From a virus (taxonomy: Duplodnaviria; Caudoviricetes), in IMG/VR virus record IMGVR_UViG_3300047399_000093, positions 1 to 38,685 of that record: DNA of 38,685 bases, one strand, 5' to 3'. Shown piece by piece: positions 34,211 to 38,685 of the stretch (position 1 is its first letter; every line of letters begins with the position of its first letter). The translations under genes and the position numbers were made by a program. Below the pieces are notes generated by a model. The model did not search any database. It saw only the letters and a program-made list of their open reading frames with translations, and was not told the DNA's origin.

Positions 34211-34719
34211 TCCTGCCTGACCACCAGATTGACGAGCTGTGCCGCCAAGGCATGGTGACCCCCTATGACCCAGAACTGCTGAACCCGGCGTCGCTGGACG
34301 TGCGCCTGGGGGATGTGCTCTTGATCGAGTCGGTCGTCTCCCCCGAGATGGTGCCGTACCCGCTCGAAGGACACACCGAGGAGAACCCCTACCTGATGCA
34401 GCCGGGCCAGTTCCTGCTGGCCGAGACCATGGAGTTCTTCGACATCCCGCGGTTCCTGACCGTGGAGTTCAAGCTGAAGAGCAGCCGCGCGAGGGAACGC
34501 CTCGATCACGCGAAAGCGGGATTCGGCGACCCGGGCTGGCACGGCAGCCGGCTAACCATGGAGTTCAAGAACAACAGCCAGTTCTGGCCGGTGCCGCTGT
34601 GGCCTGGCCGGCGGGTGGGGCAGATGGTGTTCTCCCACATGCTTTCGCCGCCGGAGCGCTGCTACCGCGAGACCGGTCGGTACAACAACGACGCCAGGGT
34701 CACGGCATCGAAGGGCTGA
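34207..34719 (+). CDS. dcd: dCTP deaminase
   Basis: MIL.D..I, NPASLDVRLG, PGQFLLAET.E, KSSRAR, AGFGDPG..G..LTME, GQMVF. Confidence 0.93.
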   Translation: MILPDHQIDELCRQGMVTPYDPELLNPASLDVRLGDVLLIESVVSPEMVPYPLEGHTEENPYLMQPGQFLLAETMEFFDIPRFLTVEFKLKSSRARERLDHAKAGFGDPGWHGSRLTMEFKNNSQFWPVPLWPGRRVGQMVFSHMLSPPERCYRETGRYNNDARVTASKG

Positions 34720-34969
34720 GCTCCCGGGCAGCTTCCCAGATCCAGTCCTCGATCGGGGCCGCTTCGCCGCGGCTCCGCAGCTTCTGCTCAGCCTCCCCGA
34801 TCTGGTCGATCAGCTGGCCGGTGATGTCGACCTGCAGTGTCCATGCGCGGAAGGCCTGCTCCGCCAGCTGGCGCAGCTGCTCGATGTCCTGGCAGGTTCT
34901 GATCTTCCTGATCTCGGCCTCGACGGCGAGCTCTTCCTCAAGGGGGAGCCCGTAGCGGAGCCAGCCCAT
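34700..34969 (-). CDS. Helical protein, NblA-like candidate
   Basis: MGWLRYGLPLEEELAVEAEIRKIRTCQDIEQLRQLAEQAFRAWTLQVDITGQLI; lone counter-oriented gene with a TACGCT -10-like box. Confidence 0.5.
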   Translation of the reverse strand: MGWLRYGLPLEEELAVEAEIRKIRTCQDIEQLRQLAEQAFRAWTLQVDITGQLIDQIGEAEQKLRSRGEAAPIEDWIWEAARELSPSMP

Positions 34970-35153
34970 GGCGAGACGGCAGAGGATGCCCAAGCGTAGG
35001 CGCGGGCAGTGCGAAGGATTGTTACGAATGCTGCGCCGTCGGGTGTGGCGTCGTGATGATGGGAGCACGCCAGCCGGCCATAGGCGTTAAACCGGGCCGA
35101 TCCGCCCCCAGCAGTCCGGGGGCACCTCATCCATCCAACCCCCATCATCTGCA

Positions 35154-35420
35154 ATGGCACTTGAGAACCGCGTCGTCGTGCTGAACGGCACTGAGTTCAC
35201 CCTGGGCACCAAATACCGTGACAAGGTGCTGGGCATCGAAGGCGTCGCCGTCGCCAGCGCCACCTACCTGACCGGTTGCCATCAGATTAAGCTGGCCGCC
35301 CGTGATGCCAACGGCATGCCTTACAGCCAGTGGTTCGACGTGACTCGCATCGAAGGCGTCCAGGTCGAGGAACGACCCGGCGGCCCCGGCCCGGACATCA
35401 GTCAGCGCCACCCGGGATGA
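35154..35420 (+). CDS. Hypothetical phage protein
   Basis: FTLG...RDKV.G.EGVAVA...YLTGC.Q...WFD..RI. Confidence 0.7.
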   Translation: MALENRVVVLNGTEFTLGTKYRDKVLGIEGVAVASATYLTGCHQIKLAARDANGMPYSQWFDVTRIEGVQVEERPGGPGPDISQRHPG

Positions 35421-35485
35421 TCCTCCCCGGGGCCGCCGTCGCGGCCCGCCTCTGGGCCGCTCTCACCATCACCACCCGATTTCCG

Positions 35486-36085
35486 ATGACGAACCCCACC
35501 CCCCACCGCGCCACGCCTGAGCAGTGGCAGCGCATCGAAACGTCCCACACTTCCTGTGTGTACGACTCAGTGATGATTGAACTCCGCGACCGCCTCGCCG
35601 CCGCCGAGCAGCGGATCAGCGAGCTGGAGGGCAACCCATCGGCCCAGCAGGAGATCCGCGAGGCCCAAACTTTCGGACCGGGCCCAGCTGGCGCACCCGC
35701 AGCCATTGTCCCGATCACCGATCGAGAGCCGATGCCTCAGGAGCTGGACTCGGAGGGCAGGTGCTGGGTCTATGACCCGGTCTGCGTCCCCGGCTGGATG
35801 CTGATCTACGAGCGCATACGCAATGGCGAGCCATTCCTGCGCAATGGCAGGCCATTCCTGCCTCACTGGGCTCTGCCCATCCCTGGCCAGGAGGCTTGCG
35901 ACCGCCAGCCTGAGCCCGCATCCGCAGCCCCTGCCGAGTCGCTGGTGGAGGCGCTGATGGACAAGGGCTACGGGAAGACTCATGCTCGCGCCGCAATCCT
36001 GGCGGTGGCGGATTGGCTTGAGTCTTACAACGGAGGTCCGACCTCATCGACGCATGCACTGCGCGAGGAGGTGGAGCGTGGCTGA
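35486..36085 (+). CDS. Hypothetical phage protein
   Basis: Likely start MTNPTPHRATPEQW; ELRDRLAA, D.EGRCW, LPHWALP, ARAAI.AVADWL motifs typical of mosaic phage hypotheticals. Confidence 0.65.
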   Translation: MTNPTPHRATPEQWQRIETSHTSCVYDSVMIELRDRLAAAEQRISELEGNPSAQQEIREAQTFGPGPAGAPAAIVPITDREPMPQELDSEGRCWVYDPVCVPGWMLIYERIRNGEPFLRNGRPFLPHWALPIPGQEACDRQPEPASAAPAESLVEALMDKGYGKTHARAAILAVADWLESYNGGPTSSTHALREEVERG

Positions 36086-36365
36086 CCCCACCCCCGCCGA
36101 TCGCATCAGGGCCGCTGTTGAGGCCAAGTTCAAGCGCAGCCCTGCACCACGCACCATCGATGACCTCGCCGCTGCGGTGTGCGATGCGCTGGCGGATGTG
36201 GTGGTGCCACAGGAAGATCCTTCTCTGCCGACAGGCGAGACGAAAGCCTCGCGGTCAACCCTGTGGCGTGAACGAATGGCAATCCGATCCGAGATCCTCG
36301 CCATCGCCGCCGAGCTGCGCGGCTGTGGGAACGTCGTGGGAACGCCTCCGGCTAATCCGGCGTAA
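36078..36365 (+). CDS. Hypothetical protein
   Basis: GTG start after GAGGAGG; ALADVVVP...IRSEILAIAAEL. Confidence 0.6.
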   Translation: MADPTPADRIRAAVEAKFKRSPAPRTIDDLAAAVCDALADVVVPQEDPSLPTGETKASRSTLWRERMAIRSEILAIAAELRGCGNVVGTPPANPA

Positions 36366-36542
36366 CCCCTTGTGGCGCCTGGCTTTTTGCCCGGCGCCTT
36401 ACTTGATCTTGGTTCACATCAACAGGCATCCTTTCCTATCCTCCGGCATCCTCGGAGCCCGGATTTCTGCGGCTGGACATTCCTCCCGGCACCCGGTACA
36501 TCACCCCGAATCCTCCTGTTCTTTGGGAACGCTGTGGGAACG
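36325..36542. other. attP-like site (paired integrase arm-type repeats)
   Basis: GTGGGAACG-TC-GTGGGAACG at 36325-36344 and TGGGAACG-CT-GTGGGAACG at 36524-36542 bracket an AT-richer core directly 5' of the integrase. Confidence 0.65.
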
Positions 36543-37709
36543 ACGAAGCTCACGAAGACCCTGGTGGAGGGCGCCGCACCCCGCGCGCGCCGCTTTCGCC
36601 TCAACGACTCCCTGGTGCCCGGCCTCTCCCTCCTGGTGCTGCCGACCGGTGCCCGCACCTACTACCTGCGCCACCGCGTCGACGGCCGCCAGCGCGACCT
36701 GAAGCTGGGCTCGCCGGTCGAGCTGTCGCCCGACGATGCCCGGCGGCTGGCGCGTGATGCGCTGGCCCGCGTGCGCGAGGGTGGCGACCCGATGGAGGAG
36801 CGCCGGCAGCGGCGCGAGGCGCCCACCGGGCAGGAGCTCTACGAGCGCCACCGGCTCGCCCGCCAGGCCCGCCCGGGTTGGGTCACGGAGGAGCACATCT
36901 GGCGCGGCCACCTGCTGCCGGCGTTCGGCTCGGTGCAGGTGCACCGGATCACCACCGCGATGGTCCAGGAGTGGTACGACCGATCGGGCCGGCGCCCCGT
37001 CGCCCGCGCGGCGGTGCTGCAGCTGGGCCGGGCCCTGCGGCTGAGCGAGCGCTGGGGCTGGTGGCCCGAGGGCCGGGCGCCGCGGCCGTGCGCTGGCGTG
37101 GAGCTCGACGCCAAGGTGGCCCGCGAGCGGTACCTGAGCCCCGAGGAGCTGGCCCGCCTGCGGGCGGCGCTGCAGGACTGGGAGCGGGAGGGCATGGGGG
37201 TGCGGTGGCGGTTCTGCCAGCTGATCCGGCTGCTGCTGCTCACCGGCTGCAGGTTGCGCGAGATCCTGCACGCCCGCTGGGCCTGGGTGGACTGGGCCGG
37301 TGGCCGGCTGATCGTGCCGGCCGAGCACCACAAGACGGGCAGGCGGACGGGCAGGGCCAGGCGGGTGCTGCTGGTGCCCAGGGCGGTTGAGATCCTGGAG
37401 CAGCTGCGGGAGCGGCATCCGCGCGATGGCGGGGAGTGGGTGATCGCCGGGGGCAGGCCGGGCCAGCCGATGGGTGGGTATCACTCGCTGTGGTGCGAGC
37501 TGCGGGACCAGGTGGGGCTGGAGGACTTCCGGCCGCATGACCTGAGGCACAGCTTCGCGTCGTACGCCCTGAGCGCGGGCCACGGCCTCGATGTGATCGG
37601 GCAGCTGCTGGGGCACAGCAGCGTGCAAAGCACGCGCAGGTACGCCCATTTGACCGAGACGGCGGCGCGACTGGCGGTGGCCAAGATCGAGCGTGAGGTG
37701 GATCTGTGA
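36534..37709 (+). CDS. int: Tyrosine integrase with arm-binding (DUF4102-type) domain
   Basis: KLTKTLVE...D..VPGLSL.V..TG.RTY; catalytic TGCR..EI, HK, HDLRHSFAS, LLGHSS..ST.RYAH; start probably the GTG at 36534 rather than 36372. Confidence 0.95.
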   Translation: MGTTKLTKTLVEGAAPRARRFRLNDSLVPGLSLLVLPTGARTYYLRHRVDGRQRDLKLGSPVELSPDDARRLARDALARVREGGDPMEERRQRREAPTGQELYERHRLARQARPGWVTEEHIWRGHLLPAFGSVQVHRITTAMVQEWYDRSGRRPVARAAVLQLGRALRLSERWGWWPEGRAPRPCAGVELDAKVARERYLSPEELARLRAALQDWEREGMGVRWRFCQLIRLLLLTGCRLREILHARWAWVDWAGGRLIVPAEHHKTGRRTGRARRVLLVPRAVEILEQLRERHPRDGGEWVIAGGRPGQPMGGYHSLWCELRDQVGLEDFRPHDLRHSFASYALSAGHGLDVIGQLLGHSSVQSTRRYAHLTETAARLAVAKIEREVDL

Positions 37710-38037
37710 CGGATTGTTACGGTATCCACTGGCCGGGACAGGCCAGCCCGTAGTGTTGGCTCACGCCCCGAGAGGGGCACCTACGCAGCTCGCTGCACCG
37801 CAGCGCCGATCCGCGCTCTGCTACTCAAATCTCAGCTGCTCATCGCACTACACCGGGGGCCTCACCCGAGGCCCCACAACTCACCACTGAGCCCCTCGGC
37901 TCTCTGGTGAGCTGATGTCCACCATCCGCGCCTCGCGGTGCCGCGCACTACGGAACTGCGCCCGCCGTCGCGACGCGTCGCATCGCACCGGCCCCCTCCC
38001 CGGAGGGGGCATCCAACCATCACCACCCATCCCAGCC

Positions 38038-38295
38038 ATGTCCATCGCAGCAGCCCAGCAACGCCTTCTCGAAGCCCAGGTCGAGCTCGCGCACCTCAAG
38101 GTCCAGCAGCTGGCCCGTGAGGCTGGCCGCGAGATGCGTGACGCCATGCACCGCGTTGCGTGGGAGGCCGTGCCCGAGATCAGCGACATGCTCGGCGGCC
38201 TGGCACCCATGCAGCGGGTGCTGATCAAGTCGATCCTGCGCCGCCGCATCGACGAGCAGCTGACCGCCCTGGCTGCCGGCGACCCCAATCTGTAG
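38038..38295 (+). CDS. Truncated paralogue of the terminase small subunit (C-terminal domain only)
   Basis: EAGREMRDAMHR...GGLAPMQR...LTALA aligns ungapped to TerS EEGRRVRDSLRR...GGLTPEQR...LEGLA (18 of 52 residues identical by hand). Confidence 0.7.
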   Translation: MSIAAAQQRLLEAQVELAHLKVQQLAREAGREMRDAMHRVAWEAVPEISDMLGGLAPMQRVLIKSILRRRIDEQLTALAAGDPNL

Positions 38296-38304
38296 CGCCA
38301 GGGC

Positions 38305-38685
38305 ACACTTATCACCCAGATCGCTTGCGCCGCAGGCGATGTCTTATTACGAACGCCTGAGAATGGCCGATTGTGAACGGATGTAACGCACGCGAGTGTG
38401 ACACCTGTGGAAACCGATTTTTCCCCAGGTACACCCGTACCAGTTCCGCCAGATCCCTTGCGCCGCAATGTATCTCGGCGGTAGGACGCTCGTACCACTC
38501 GGCGCAATTCGGTATCACCGCGATACCAACCCGGCCGGGCCTTGTGCCAGTTGGGGCCGATCCCGTGTGCGCCGGCTGTACCAGTTCGTGCTGATAGTGC
38601 CACTTGTTGACCGGCACACGCGCCGCCAGATCCCTTGCGCCGCAGTCGATCTGGCCGATTCTGGTACGCCCGTATCACCCACCCC
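38305..38685. repeat. Non-coding repeat-rich region
   Basis: AGATC(C/G)CTTGCGCCGCA at 38318, 38451 and 38628; GTACCAGTTC x2; TATCACC x3. Confidence 0.75.

Larger units (their letters stand above)
1..38685. mobile_element. Temperate tailed phage genome segment (lambda-type head, contractile-type baseplate)
   Basis: Continuous structural, packaging, replication, recombination and integration modules; no host housekeeping genes. Confidence 0.95.

Noticed and set aside
36395-36430. tRNA fragment as att core (TTCACAT anticodon-like loop)
   Set aside because: The flanking bases do not form an anticodon stem and there is no T-arm or CCA
38305-38685. Possible CRISPR array
   Set aside because: The repeats are degenerate, spacing is 133-177 bp and irregular, and there are no cas genes

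Overview
This window is about 38.7 kb of a GC-rich temperate tailed phage genome, with no host chromosomal genes visible. The host is probably a picocyanobacterium (Cyanobium/Synechococcus-like); this is inferred from RpaB/HLR1-like boxes and small-gene families I recall from cyanophages. The left arm (minus strand, 1-17.7 kb) pairs a lambda-type head module (TerS, GpA TerL, gpW, portal, protease-capsid fusion, DUF2190) with a P2-type contractile baseplate (V, W, J, I), a DUF4815 protein and fibre proteins. Between a cos-like site (~23.8 kb) and the terminase lies a ~6 kb stack of enzyme cassettes: [ParB, bicupin, IbrA-like PP-loop/PAPS-reductase, IbrB-like ParB], [ParB, radical SAM, an unannotated 57-aa basic Gly/Ser peptide] and [degenerate PRTase, degenerate QueE-like]. 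This stack is the best candidate for an undescribed packaging-linked modification system. The centre holds Prim-Pol/VapE with iteron-like repeats, VRR-NUC and an SF2 helicase. The right arm (plus strand) holds RecE/RecT, Xis, SSB, small accessory genes, dCTP deaminase, a counter-oriented NblA-like gene, an attP-like site and a tyrosine integrase. After the integrase come a truncated paralogue of the phage's own TerS and a repeat-rich non-coding segment. All family calls are by eye from motifs; no searches were run.
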